Source: Eledone cirrhosa
Taxonomy: Eukaryota
Direction of reading: 5' to 3'
Assembly (NCBI GenBank): GCA_964016885.1
Contig: OZ024740.1
Coordinates: 297,972,001-298,036,000 of the forward strand
Length of the DNA: 64,000 nucleotides
Positions 24,350-36,908 of this stretch are shown in pieces. The notes under the pieces are model-generated. The model ran no database searches, had not been told where the DNA came from, and saw only the letters and a list, made by a program, of their open reading frames with translations. Both the position numbers and the translations under genes were made by a program. The first letter of the stretch is position 1. Each line of letters starts with the position of its first letter.

Positions 24350-24602
24350 TCATGGCTGGAACGTCTAAGCTCATAAGTCTGCCCCGATCAACAATCTCCA
24401 ACAGTCGACCCAACAGTACCAACTCCACCCCTACGATCAAACGAGAAAGCGTCTATGTGGTCTCTGGGTGTGCTAGAAATAGTGGCCAAATCTCCCTCAA
24501 ATTGCACACCCACTTTACCTTCGGTATATGTCTCTGCGTATGTGGAAAAATGCGTTTTGGTCATGGCTAAAATGTCTTTCATTGTAACTGGCCTGGAGTC
24601 AG
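24350..24602 (-). mobile_element. Tx1/L1-like APE endonuclease fragment
   Basis: Minus: DILAMTKTHF (DI...ETH motif), GGVG, D.GRLMSLDV. Confidence 0.5.
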
Positions 24603-24629
24603 TAACAACAACAATAAATATATCAACAA

Positions 24630-25165
24630 TAATGATTTCATTTATTAGCCACAAGGGCCGACATGTAGGGGACAATACAAAGACAGGGACAGTGGGGGTT
24701 TACAATAAGGTCGAGTAAAAGTGCACAATGGCAAGACTAATTTAACAATGAAGATATAAAAAAATATAAAATAAACTATGCATAAATATAACAAAATAAA
24801 TTCCCCGATAGGGGGGTGGACGACCCTGGGGTGACTCGGGTACCCCACCAATCCTGAACCACCCTGCACTTTTAGGGCACCCAGGGAGAGCAGCCATCTC
24901 CTCAAGTTAGCTAGCCTATAGGCGCATGGTCAGAGTAGGCCCATTCACATGGGCCATTCTCCCCACATTTATCCACCTTTTAGCAAATGTAGTTGGGGAG
25001 GGGGGGTAGCACTTCTCTCTCCACCCTCATCTTCCTTTCCAGATGAAACTTGAAGAAGTTGATGAAGGATTGGCCGAAGAGAAAAGTGTCTGTCTTCAGT
25101 CCTTTTAATCTGGTCCACCATATAACCTCGTTCGCAACTTCCATTGTAACTGACCTGGAGTCAGT
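24630..25165 (-). mobile_element. Tx1/L1-like LINE 3' fragment (ORF2 C-terminus + 3'UTR)
   Basis: Minus: VANEVIWWTRLKGLKTDTFLFGQSFINFFKFHLERKMRVEREVL. Ends CCCTTGTGGCTAATAAATGAAATC. Confidence 0.65.
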
Positions 25166-25231
25166 AACAACAACAATAACAATAACAACAATAATAATAT
25201 CAAAAATAAGCAAACAGCAACAACAATAACA

Positions 25232-25415
25232 ATAATGGTTTCTTATATAGGCACAAGGCCAGCAATTTTGGGGGAGGGGAAAGTCGATTATATCGACTCC
25301 AGTGCGTGACTGGTACTTTATTTTACCGACCCCGTAAGGATGAAAGGCAAAGTTAACCTCGGCGGGATTTGAACTAAGACCATAAAGGGTCGTAACTCTA
25401 TGCTGCAAAGCATGG
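25232..25415 (-). mobile_element. CORE-type SINE
   Basis: Consensus match in reverse. Confidence 0.85.
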
Positions 25416-25421
25416 TAGTAA

Positions 25422-25892
25422 TAACGATTTCATTTATTGGCCACAAGGGCCGACATATAGAGGACAATACAAAAGACTGGGACAGTGGGGGTTTACAGAA
25501 AAATCGAGTAAACAATATGAATCACAATAACAAAGTAACAATAAAATTACAAGAAAAAATTCCCCAATAGGGGGGATGACCACCCAGGGTTCCCTCAGGT
25601 ACCCCCCACCAGTCCTGAACGACCCGACGCTTCGAGAGCACCCTGGAAGGGCACCCCCTCTCCTCCTCAAATTTACCTACCTACAGCCGCATGACCAGAG
25701 TAGGCCCACTCACACGGGCCATTCTCGCCACATTCACCCACCTTTCAGCAAATGTACTGGGGAGCAGCACTTCTCTCTGCACCCCCACCTTCCTTTCCAA
25801 GTGAAACTTGAAAAAGTTGATGAGGGATTGGCCGAAGAGAAAATGTCTGTCTTCAGTCCTTTCAACCTCGTCCACCATACAACCTCTTTCGC
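25422..25892 (-). mobile_element. Tx1/L1-like LINE 3' fragment, second copy
   Basis: Homologous to 24630-25135; FFKFHLERKVGVQREVLLPSTFAERWVNVA. Confidence 0.65.
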
Positions 25893-25896
25893 TTAG

Positions 25897-26084
25897 TAAT
25901 AACTGTTTCTACTTTAGGCACAAGGCCAGCAATTACCAGTGCATTACTGGTACTTTATTTTGTCGACCCCGTAAGGATGAAAGGCAAAGTCAACCTCGGC
26001 GGGATTTGAACTCAGATCGTAAAGGGACGTAACTACGCTGGAAAGCATGGCGTCCGACCCTCTACCGATACTGCCAATCCACCG
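25897..26084 (-). mobile_element. CORE-type SINE
   Basis: Full-length consensus match in reverse. Confidence 0.9.
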
Positions 26085-26234
26085 CACTACTACAGCTACT
26101 ACTACTACAGCTACTACTACTACTACTACTACTACTACAGCTGCTGCTGCTACTACTACTACTACTACTACTACTACAGCTACTACTACTACGACTACTA
26201 CTACTACTACTACTATTGTTACTACAGCTACTCA

Positions 26235-26284
<50 letters not shown>

Positions 26285-27039
26285 CACTACTACAGCTACT
26301 ACTACTACTACTACAGCTACTACTACTACTACTACTACAGCTACTACTACTACTACTACAGCTACTACTACTACTACTACTACAGCTACTACTACTACTA
26401 CAGCTACTACTGTTACTACAGCTACTACTACTACAGCTACTACTACTACTACTATTACTGCAACCGCTACTATACTACTACTACTACTACTACTACAGCT
26501 ACTACTACTTCAGCTACTACTACTACAGCTACTACTACTACTATACTACTACTACCACTATTACTGCAACCGCTGCTGCTACTACTACTACAGCTACTAC
26601 TACTACTACAGCTACTACTACTATACTACTATTACTACTACTACTACTACTACTATTACTGCAACCTCTGCTGCTGCTACTACTACTACTACTACTACTA
26701 CTATTATTACCACCACCACTACTACTACTATAATTACTACTACTACTACCGCCGCCTACACTGCTACTACTAACACCTACACTGCTACTACTAGTACAGC
26801 TACTACTACTCTACTACTACTATTACTACAGCTGCTACTACTACAGCTGCTGCTACTACTACTACTACTACTACTACTACAGATACTACTACTACAGCTA
26901 CTACTAATATACTACTACTACTACTTCTACTACTACTACTACTACAGCTACTACTACTACTACAGCTACTACTACTACTACTACTACTACTACAGCTACT
27001 ACTACTACTACTACTACAGCTACTACTACTATACTACTA

Positions 27040-27071
<32 letters not shown>

Positions 27072-27143
27072 TTACTGCAACCTCTGCTGCTGCTGCTGCT
27101 ACTACTACTACTACTACTACAGCTACTACTACTACTACTACAG

Positions 27144-27182
<39 letters not shown>

Positions 27183-27474
27183 TTACTACTGCAACCGCTA
27201 CTACTACTACTACTACTACAGCTACTACTACTTCAGCTACTACTACTACAGCTACTACTGCTACTATACTACTACTACTACTACTACTACTATTACTGCA
27301 ACCGCTGCTGCTGCTACTACTACTACAGCTACTACTACTATTACAGCTACTACTACTACTACAGCTACTACTACTACAGCTATTACTACTACTATACTAC
27401 TATTACTACTACTACTACTACTACAGCTATTACTACTACTATACTACTATTACTACTACTACTACTACTACTAT

Positions 27475-27507
<33 letters not shown>

Positions 27508-28342
27508 AACTACTACTACTACCGCCGCCTACACTGCTACTACTAACACCTACACTGCTACTACTACCACCTACACTGCTACTACTACCACATACACTGC
27601 TACTACTACCACCACCACTGCGACTATTACCACCACCACCACCACTAGTACTACTACCACCTACACTGCTACTGCTACTCCTACCCCCTACACTACTACT
27701 ACTACCCCCTACACTGCTACTACTACCACTACTACTACTACTACTACCACTACTACTACTACTACTACCACCTACACTACTACTACCACCACTACTACTA
27801 CTAACACTTACACTACTACTACTACTACCACCTACACTGCTACTATTACAGTTACTATTAGTTCTAATACTAATGTTTTTGTTAATGGTATAACTACTAC
27901 AGCTGATCACTACCACCACCACCACCACAACTACTACTAGCACCACTACCACCACCAATACCACCACCACCACCACCACTACTACTACTACTATCTCCAC
28001 CACCACCACAACTACTACTAGCACCACTACCACCACCAACACCATCACCACCACTAGCACTACCACCACCACCACTACTAACACTCTCACTACCGCCACC
28101 ACCACAACTATCACTACTACTACTACCACCACCACCACCACAACTCCTCACTACTACTACTACTACTACTAGCACCACTACCACCAATATCACCACCACC
28201 ACCACCACCACAACTATCACTACTACCACTACTACTACTACTAGCACCGCTACCATCACCACCACTACTAGCACTCTTACTATCACTACCACTACCACCA
28301 CCACACCTATCACTACTACCACTACTACTACTACTACTATTA
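26085..28342. repeat. About 2.2-kb (CTA)n/(CCA)n cryptic triplet-repeat field
   Basis: Direct reading; CAG- and CCA-interrupted variants. Confidence 0.97.
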
Positions 28343-28576
28343 CGAGGACAGCGTGAAGAATCAAAACAAACACCTCAGTCACAACAGTACCAAACACAAC
28401 ATCAACAACCAGTAATTCTAAACTTATCTAGTCTGTAAACCAAGGATTCTTTTACCACATCAAGATGGGGAAATCTTTGTTTAAAAACGGTAAGTTGGGT
28501 CTGTTATGTGTTTTTTAGTAATTATTTTTCTTATTTTGTTACTTCATTCCAGTATGTCTTGACGGCGGCTTAGGCC

Positions 28577-28728
28577 GGGCGGTGAATTAGAAGAGTTGTT
28601 AGTGTCGAATTATTAAAAATGCCTCTGTATTTCTTTCGGTTCTGAGTTCAAATATCGCCGTAGTTAACTTTGCCTTTCATATTTCCGAGATCAATGAATA
28701 AAGTACCAGACCAGTGCGGTGGGGGACG

Positions 28729-28820
<92 letters not shown>

Positions 28821-29640
28821 GTCTATTTCTCTTTCTCTCCGATACGCACACACACACTCTGGAAGAACCTGACTGTCTTCCGACCTGGAGAGGGATGGAC
28901 TTCACCAGATTTAAATTGCTCCCGATATGCTGTGTATCAAGATGGTGCCCCATCTGGCCTTTTACTTTACCTTTCCGTGTGGTATTTAGTACTATCCCTG
29001 TACGTCTTCATTTCAAAGTTGGATTTTTGTCTTTCATCTTTCCCAACTCAATAAAATAAAGTTCTGGTCAAGTTATGTGAGTTAACTTGAAACCGTTAGG
29101 TGGTAGATTGCCAGAATCGATAAATCGTTGGACAAACTATCTTGAGGTATTTAATTACTATTCTTTAGACTCTGAGTCCAAATTCCTGTTACGGTTGACT
29201 TTCCCTTTCATGATTCCGGTATCGAGATAAAGTAAATACAAGTCGAGTACTGTGATCGATATTATTGATCTGAAACAGCTTAATATATATAACTTCGCCT
29301 GGCTCGATCAGCTGTTCAGTATTGAGCCGAACGAAATCCATGTTTAGATGCCTACTCACTAGCACCAGACTCCAAAGGAGGCATATCATAAATGCCCGTG
29401 TGATATGTTGCTTGTTAACATTACAGCGCAAGAACAATGCCTTCGTTACAGCGTCGGGAAAATGCTTTCAGGTATTTGTTCTGACTCCACGTTCTGAGTT
29501 CAAACCCCAACAAGGCCAACATTGTTTTTCATCCTTTCGGAGTCGATGAATAAAATACTAATCAAGTATTAAGGTTGATTTAATCGACCATCCCCTTCCC
29601 CAAAATGTCTGGCCTTTTGCCTGAATTATAAATCATTATA
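28577..29640 (+). mobile_element. Cluster of three older CORE-SINE copies (about 28577-28725, 29098-29270, 29450-29640) and one unclassified repeat (28857-29072, homologous to 59726-59916)
   Basis: B-box CTGAGTTCAAA and CORE-like CTTTCAT blocks. CTCTGGAAGAA...CCTGGAGAGGGATG...TTCTGGTCAAG is shared with 59.7 kb. Confidence 0.7.
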
Positions 29641-29832
29641 TTAATTGATAAAATAAAAACTCTCAGTTCTCCCTTGTTAACTTGTGATTTTATGTCAAAG
29701 TACGAAAATAAACGGCAACTGCGGATAAAACTACTTGCGGTTAAATCCCTTTACACACTTAACAGTGATTATTTTAACGTGCAGTTCATCTTTGCTTGTA
29801 TAGTTCTAAATCTGAGTTTGTACAGTTCTAAA

Positions 29833-29967
29833 TATAATTGTTTCTACTTTTGGCACAAGGCCAGCAATTATCCCAAGCATAACTGGTACGTTATTTTATC
29901 GATCCTGTAAGGATGAAAGGCAAAGTTAACCTCAGCAGAACTTGAAATCAGATCATAAAAGGCCGTG
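29833..29967 (-). mobile_element. 5'-truncated CORE-SINE with a probable TSD CAGTTCTAAATATAAT
   Basis: The 16-mer occurs at 29823-29838 and 29969-29984. Confidence 0.8.
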
Positions 29968-31046
29968 CAGTTCTAAATATAATGTTATGTAGTTCTAAAT
30001 CTAGTTTTGTGCAGTTCTAAATATAATTTAGTGCAGTGCTAAATATAATTTAGTGTAGTTCTAAATATAATTTAGTGTAGTTCTAAATCTAGTTTTGTGC
30101 AGTTCTAAATATAATTTAGTGTAGTTCTAAATCTAGTTTTGTGCAGTTCTAAATATAATTTAGTATAGTTCTAAATATAATTTAGTGTAGTTCTAAATCT
30201 AGTTTTGTGCAGTTCTAAATATAATTTAGTGTAGTTCTAAATATAATTTAGTGTAGTTCTAAATCTAGTTTTGTGCAGTTCTAAATATAATTTAGTGTAG
30301 TTCTAAATATAATTTAGTGTAGTTCTAAATCTAGTTTTGTGCAGTTCTAAATATAATTTAGTGTAGTTCTAAATATAATTTAGTGTAGTTCTAAATCTAG
30401 TTTTGTGCAGTTCTAAATATAATTTAGTGTAGTTCTAAATATAATTTAGTGTAGTTCTAAATCTAGTTTTGTGCAGTTCTAAATATAATTTAGTGTAGTT
30501 CTAAATATAATTTAGTGTAGTTCTAAATCTAGTTTTGTGCAGTTCTAAATATAATTTAGTGTAGTTCTAAATATAATTTAGTGTAGTTCTAAATCTAGTT
30601 TTGTGCAGTTCTAAATATAATTTAGTGTAGTTCTAAATATAATTTAGTGTAGTTCTAAATCTAGTTTTGTGCAGTTCTAAATATAATTTAGTGTAGTTCT
30701 AAATATAATTTAGTGTAGTTCTAAATCTAGTTTTGTGCAGTTCTAAATATAATTTAGTGTAGTTCTAAATCTAGTTTTGTGCAGTTCTAAATATAATTTA
30801 GTGTAGTTCTAAATATAATTTAGTGTAGTTCTAAATCTAGTTTTGTGCAGTTCTAAATATAATTTAGTGTAGTTCTAAATATAATTTAGTGTAGTTCTAA
30901 ATCTAGTTTTGTGCAGTTCTAAATATAATTTAGTGTAGTTCTAAATATAATTTAGTGTAGTTCTAAATCTAGTTTTGTGCAGTTCTAAATATAATTTAGT
31001 GTAGTTCTAAATATAATTTAGTGAAGTTCTAAATCTAGTTTTGTGC
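29968..31046. repeat. 22-bp minisatellite with a 66-bp (3x22) higher-order period
   Basis: Units GCAGTTCTAAATATAATTTAGT / GTAGTTCTAAATATAATTTAGT / GTAGTTCTAAATCTAGTTTTGT. Confidence 0.97.
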
Positions 31047-31590
31047 TGTACACGAGGTCAAACTTATACATTTCAGTCATGGTTTCAATACCCGGAACGA
31101 GCAGCGTGTTGCGTCCTTCAGCATGACACATTAGTTCACAATGATCCAGTCCTCTCAGTTGGCAAAAATGAGTTGTATTTGTGATTTAAAGTAACAGCTT
31201 TGTCACACAGTGTGTCATGCTGAATCTCCCTGATAATTACGTTAAGCGTACACGTTTTTGTCCAATACTCAGTCACTCGCACAGGCTGTTCCGTTGAACA
31301 CTCATTGTCGGAACCGACGGAGCATCAGAACACACGTGTGTTTGTGTGTGTCTGTGTGAGAGAGCTAGAGAAATGGAGAGAGAGGAGAGAAAAACGGGGA
31401 AGGGTGTGATCAAATAATGATTTCTACTTTAGGCACAAGGTGTGTTATCTGGGATGGGATGACCCCAATATTCGGAAGGATGAAATGTAAAATTGACTCG
31501 GGTGGCATTTGAACTCAGAATGTAGAGAACCAGAAGAAATACCACAACGGTATTTTCCTGACTCTCTATCAATTCTGCCAATCAACCATT
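31047..31590. mobile_element. Old SINE of the second family (+, to ~31330) and an old CORE-SINE (-, 31414-31588)
   Basis: Similarity to the other copies in the window. Confidence 0.65.
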
Positions 31591-31773
31591 CTGATGTGGC
31601 TAAATAATCCATTTATTACGTTGACGGGTAAAACGACTCAAATGTCTGAGGGTGTATAGTTGAGACCGTCACTGAAATTTGCAATCTAATTTGCATAGTG
31701 TGCAATCGTCGGTGACGTGACTAATTATGTCGTGAATATTCATATCCAACACAGTGTATACTAGAAACATAGA

Positions 31774-32125
31774 GGGGGCCTGTTTCTCAGTTAGCTTCTT
31801 GTAAAGCTGACAGCAAAACTCATGCTGCCAACTACTCTAAGTGTGACAATTTCCTGCATAAATGCACCAAAGATGGGTGGTCAGTGTCATGTGATATGCT
31901 GCTAGCCAAACGAACTGGAGATATCGGTGACCACCAAAAATAACTATCTCCCTGACAAATGTGTCTGAACACGGAAGAGCTGAACTCCCACTGTCATCGC
32001 CTCCATCTCTCTCGCCCTCCCCACCTCTTTGTATTATGAGCAAATGGGGTCCCACGTGCTGGCCGCCCCACAGCCCCGGCGGACAGTAAGGGAGATGCGC
32101 TTGAAGAGCCATTCCACGCTCTAAC
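31774..32125 (+). mobile_element. Dispersed repeat, probably the 5' region of a LINE; homologous to 56745-56960
   Basis: Shared AACTCCCACTGTCA...TATTATGAGCAAATGGGG.CCACG.GCTGGCCGCC...GCCCCGGCGGACAG...GAAGAGCCATTCC. Confidence 0.55.
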
Positions 32126-32139
32126 ATAAATCTAGTGAA

Positions 32140-32440
32140 GGTGTGTAGCTTTGAGGTTAGGGTGTTCGGCTCAGAATCGTAAGGTCGTTAGTTCGATTTA
32201 TAGCGACATGTTGTATGTCTGAGCAAGACACTATTTCATGTTGTTTCAGTTTACTAAGATGGTAAAAATGGGGTGTGCTTGTATAATTCAAAAGATCAGT
32301 CTTTCCATATACTGATTCTCTCCGAAAACTATGTTATGGGTGTACGTGTCTGTAGAATGCTTAGCCACTTGCACATTAATTTTGTGAACAGGCTACCCAT
32401 TGTCCGAACAAATAAAATATTCATCGTAGAAGCCGACAAA
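32140..32440 (+). mobile_element. Old tRNA-SINE (second family)
   Basis: GGTTAGGGTGTTCGGCTCA...GTTCGATT head and the shared body. Confidence 0.65.
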
Positions 32441-33059
32441 AAATAAATGTAATGTATGTATAAATGTAGTTAAGTTCAATTGTATGTTTGATATACAGAG
32501 CATAGCTGTTTAAAGAAGGACCTAATAGTCGTAAAACATGTGTAGGTAAGCTCTTATCCTGTTGTTGTTTCTATGCACAAAAATAAAGTATCTTTTTCAT
32601 ATTTGTTTAAATTTTCATTGTGTGGCTTACAAACTGTAGTTATACATACATTAAATTTATCTTAGATATTCTAACATACGCTGTGTTGTACATACATATT
32701 CATTATACAATTAAGCCGACACCGAATGTGACAGGCCATTCAGTTCAGTTCTAGTTTGTGGTTAATATAAATGGCGTCTGACTATATCTCTCTTTATCGA
32801 CAGAAAGATAAAGAAGTGTACATGATGTGTGGTTATTAACAGTGAAATATGTAGAAACAATCTTATGTTGTTTTTTTTTTTTTTTTTTTTTTAGTTTACA
32901 AAGAGAATAACAATATGTTTTCACGTTTATTTGTTTACATTTTTACAATGAAGCTTCTGATCTGTAGTTATACCTCGATTAAATTTCTGTGAGATTTTCG
33001 AACATACCCTGTAATTATATATATATATCGTTTTACAGTTTTACAGTTAAGCTCCCATA

Positions 33060-33400
33060 TTAACTGTAAAACTAGAAATGTAGTATATAGCATAAGATGT
33101 ACTGAAGGACAATGTAGAGACAAAAATATAGTGTACATAGGTGAGACAGCTCGTAGTGTAGGGGAACGGATAAATGAACACTGGCGAGACCTTCAAGATA
33201 GTAAAGAATCATCTGTACTCTACCAACATGCTAAAATAGAACATAAGGGTAAATTAGAGAACATAGAAATAAAAATAGAATCTACACACAGAAAAGACGC
33301 AATGTTTAGACAAATCACAGAGGCAATAAACATAAAAGAATTACAACCAAAATTAAATAGAAAACATGAGTGGAACAGCAACATCACAACTTACAATTAA
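33060..33400 (+). pseudogene. PLE GIY-YIG endonuclease 3' fragment (Neptune/Nematis-like)
   Basis: CKTRNVVYSIRC...C....VYIGETARSVGERINEH...RQITEAINI....PKLNRKHEW. A short fold-back hairpin lies at 33039-33071. Confidence 0.88.
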
Positions 33401-33601
33401 GGACAAAATGAAAACACACACACACATAGAACAAACAACCAACCTGTAACATGTAAATAAACAAATAAATAAACGAATATAAACACACACAGACACCCGG
33501 ATGTGGCGCATGCGCAGACTGAGCACACAACACACACACAGAAACAAGATGGCGTAGGACAGAACAAAGGAGAGGCACAAAAACAAAGAAAATAATCCCC
33601 A

Positions 33602-33644
33602 GTCACTGAAGAGGTCACAGAATGTGTGACGAAAGAACTTTGAC
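33602..33644 (+). ncRNA. Type I hammerhead in the PLE 3' pLTR
   Basis: GTCA-CTGAAGA-G-GTCAC AGAATGT GTGAC-GAAA-GAAC-TT-TGAC. Confidence 0.8.
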
Positions 33645-33874
33645 AATATATAAACAACCATCTGGTTGTGGAACCAACCAACCAACCGGAAATTTATAAA
33701 TTCCTAAATTTATAAATTTATTATAATAAATTGAAGTGAAAGCAACTGGTGCGTGTGTTTCTTATTGGCAACATGACCCTCCCAAAGTATAACAATATAT
33801 ATATATATATATATATAATTTCGTGACAGTAGAAGTGTTATATAGTTATCTAATAATGATATTACACGTTATGT

Positions 33875-33960
33875 AAGGTTACCAGCTGGTTTCGTGCCGG
33901 ATGCAGGTTATTTTATTGGAGATAATATATCTACATCTCCTCGGCATAATCTTCAGACTT
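33875..33960 (-). ncRNA. Type I hammerhead with extended stem II
   Basis: Minus: AAGT-CTGAAGA-TTATGCCG...(56 nt total)...CGGCAC-GAAAC-CAGCTG-GTA-AC. Palindromic ACCAGCTGGT. Confidence 0.7.
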
Positions 33961-34031
33961 TTATATTTATAAAAGGTTGATTGATGAATTGCGAGAAAAC
34001 AAGGATCGTGTAGTAATAGTCGATCACTATA

Positions 34032-34225
34032 AATAATTGTTTCTACTTTTGGCACAAGGCCAGCAATTATCCCAGTGTATTACTGGTACTTTATTTTATC
34101 TACCCCGTAAGGATGAAAGGCAAAGTTAACCTCGGCGGGATTTGAACTCAAACCATAAAGGGCCGTAACTCTTTGCTGCAAAGCATGGCGTCCGACCCTC
34201 TACCGATACTGCCAATCCAACGCCC
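34032..34225 (-). mobile_element. CORE-type SINE with a reiterated TSD
   Basis: TCGATCACTATAAATAAT at 34020-34037 and reiterated at 34225-34273. Confidence 0.9.
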
Positions 34226-34412
34226 TATAAATAATATAGATCCCTATAAATAATATCGATCACTATAAATAATAGTTGACAAAATCGAATAAAATATTCC
34301 TGGAGACGGAAAACGTGAACAAGAACCTCGTTTCCATCCAAACGCCTCTATCCACTTTTTCCGTTTTCGGAGATACTTTATCCGTTCTTTTCAACTATTA
34401 TTTGTATTTATA

Positions 34413-34797
34413 GGGCGGTGAATTGGCAGTATCGGTAGAGGGTAGGACATGCTTTCCAGCATAGTTACATCCCTTTACGATCTGAGTTCAAATCCCGCCG
34501 AGGTTAACTTTGCCTTTCATCCTTACGGGGTCGATAAAATAAAGTACCAGTAATATACTGGGATAATTGCTGGCCTTGTGCCAAAAGTAGAAACAATTAT
34601 AAAAAGTTATGGTGGATTGACAGTATCGGTAGAGAGTCGGGCGCCATGCTTTCCAGCATAGTTACATCCCTTTACGGTCTGAGTTCAAATGCCGCCGAGT
34701 TTAACTTTGCCTTTCATTCTTACGGGGTCGATAAAATAATGTACCAGTAATGTACTGGGTAATTGGTGGCCTTGTGCAAAAAGTAGAAACAATTATT
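34413..34797 (+). mobile_element. Head-to-tail CORE-SINE dimer
   Basis: Two full copies; ATTATTTGTATTTAT flanks both ends. Confidence 0.9.
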
Positions 34798-35216
34798 TGT
34801 ATTTATTGATTATTATTAAAACCATCTACTTTGAGACAACTACATTTCGAATTTCAAACTTTCCGAATGCTTCTTAAGTCGACTGGATAAGAATTGTATA
34901 TATTTTAAGTTGAGGTGTAAAGAAACAAACCAAGAGCGACAATTCACATGGTTCATATTGTTAAGTTATTGCCCCTCGTATCGTTTGTTTTATATATATA
35001 TATATATAATATATGTAATAAAATGGGGAGAAAAATACTGCTGGTAGCACATGGATAACATGTAATAAAATAAGTCCCTCATCAGTGATTTGCCGACGAT
35101 CATAGATATTTCATTTTTGTTCGTTTGCCTATGAGTACACGCTATCTTTACTTGAATATATACAAAGAGAGTAAAATAAATTATGTACAAAAGAATATCG
35201 AATACCCTCATTATAT

Positions 35217-35500
35217 ATAATGATTTCTAGTATAGGCACAAGGCCAGTAATTTGGGGAGAAGGGAAGTTGATTAAATCGATCTCAGTACGTTACTGGTGC
35301 TTTATTTTATCGACCCCGTAAGGATGAAAGGCAGAGTTAACCTCAGCGGGATTTGAACTCAGGACGGTGGATTGGAAGTATCGGTAGAGAGTCGGACACC
35401 ATTCTTTGCAGCATAGTGTTACGGTCCTTTAGCTTTGCTTTTCATCCTTACTTGGTCGATAAAATAGAGCACCAGTAACGTACTGGAGTCGATTTAATCC
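35217..35500. mobile_element. Two fused partial CORE-SINEs in opposite orientation
   Basis: Minus copy 35217-35363, plus copy 35365-35500. Confidence 0.8.
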
Positions 35501-36005
35501 ATCCCTGGAACGACATCTTAGATGCACGCTGGGATTGTGTGGGGTAGCTGAGAGGAGCGGGGTTGCAAAAGCCTCAAGTACTCAGTTCCAACTGTCTGAC
35601 AGGTACCGACAAGATTTCAATAATGCGCCAATGTGGACCTGGACCAACCACAAATAATCATCTAGATCGTATATAGATAAGATTCTCATTAGGAAAATAG
35701 ATAGGAATAGCATAGGTTGTCCACTTTCAAACGGTTGCCTATTCAGAACACAAGTTTGTAATCTGTATAGCCGACCTAAATAAAACACGTAGTTTAGGAT
35801 CTGATTACTGGAAGCTGAACATGTCGTTTCTGGCACGTAAGGCTTACAGAGTCCGGGTCAAAAATTTAGTCAAGCAAAAGTTGACAGTGAGAGTCGTCAA
35901 CAACAGGTGGTGGTGTGCTCTCAAAAGAGAGATTAGAGTAAAGAAGTAGCGTTTGAAAAAATAGAAGCGGGGGAGCTGGTAGCTAAATGGACTGAGCTGG
36001 TTGGG
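35500..36005 (+). mobile_element. Tx1/L1-like APE endonuclease C-terminal fragment
   Basis: WNDILD; WTWTNH..SRSYIDKILI; SEHK; YWKLNMS. Confidence 0.7.
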
Positions 36006-36019
36006 GGATCTGTCTTATA

Positions 36020-36361
36020 CCCACGGGCCTCGAATATCTCCCCCCCCCCCCCCCCGCCAGCACTCCACCTACTTCCCCCCAGTTATTAAATTTAGCTAAT
36101 CCGTCTCCGGTGAAATTTTATTTTAAGTAGTAGCATTCCTGCGACAATTAATGTTCTATATACATTAAAAACATTATACATGACAAAAAAAGTACATTAC
36201 CAGAAATCCCATACATTATAAAATAACTAGGATGGGTTGGGGTCTCAATATTTAAACTAAACGACTAATTCTGTTTGTTTTTTAAATCAACGGAGGCAAT
36301 CTAGAAAAATTAACGATTTCCACCCCCACCCCCATCTTCGCCTATCATTTGGGACCCGATA
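36020..36361. mobile_element. MITE (TACTCTCGGGTCC-type family)
   Basis: Internal similarity to 23737-24165; ends TTTGGGACCCGATA. Confidence 0.65.
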
Positions 36362-36607
36362 ACCTGTGATAGCAACTGTTCAATATAAATCCACATGTCA
36401 AAAATGCAAGGACGAGTGATTGCATCTCGGATAAGCCCGGCTGATACCACTTCCTTGCCTGTAGAGTTTGTCTCAAGCCATTGTGTCACCCCTCTCCACC
36501 TCACTGGTAGCACTGCCAGGCCAGAGATTTGTGGAAATTATCCTTAGTACCTGGGCCAAGTGTCTTACTGAACAAACCAGTCAGTTTATCCTGACCTGCG
36601 TCTAGTG

Positions 36608-36908
36608 CAGCGGTTCTTAACCTTTTTCTATCGTGGCACCCCTTGAGATTTTGAAATTCCATCCCACACCCCTAGGCCTAACACATAAGGCAAAAAAATT
36701 CAGACCAAATTATCAGCTACTTAACTGCTACTATATAATTAATTAACTACTATGATTAATAAATACTAATTTTTTCAAAATAACAGAAAATATCCAATCA
36801 AAATATTTTAATCTTTGATGTGACTTCTGTTCTTGCTTCTTCTCTGCATCCACAAGAACTGAATCTCGCACCCCTTCGGGTGCTGACACCCCAACTTAAG
36901 AACCACTG
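36608..36908. mobile_element. hAT-Charlie-type MITE (301 bp)
   Basis: TIRs CAGCGGTTCTTAA / TTAAGAACCACTG; 8-bp TSD-like GTCTAGTG / ATCTAGAG (NTCTAGAN preference). Confidence 0.85.

Noticed and set aside
29968-31046. CRISPR-like appearance of the regular array
   Set aside because: Units are contiguous with no unique spacers, the context is eukaryotic, and there are no cas genes.
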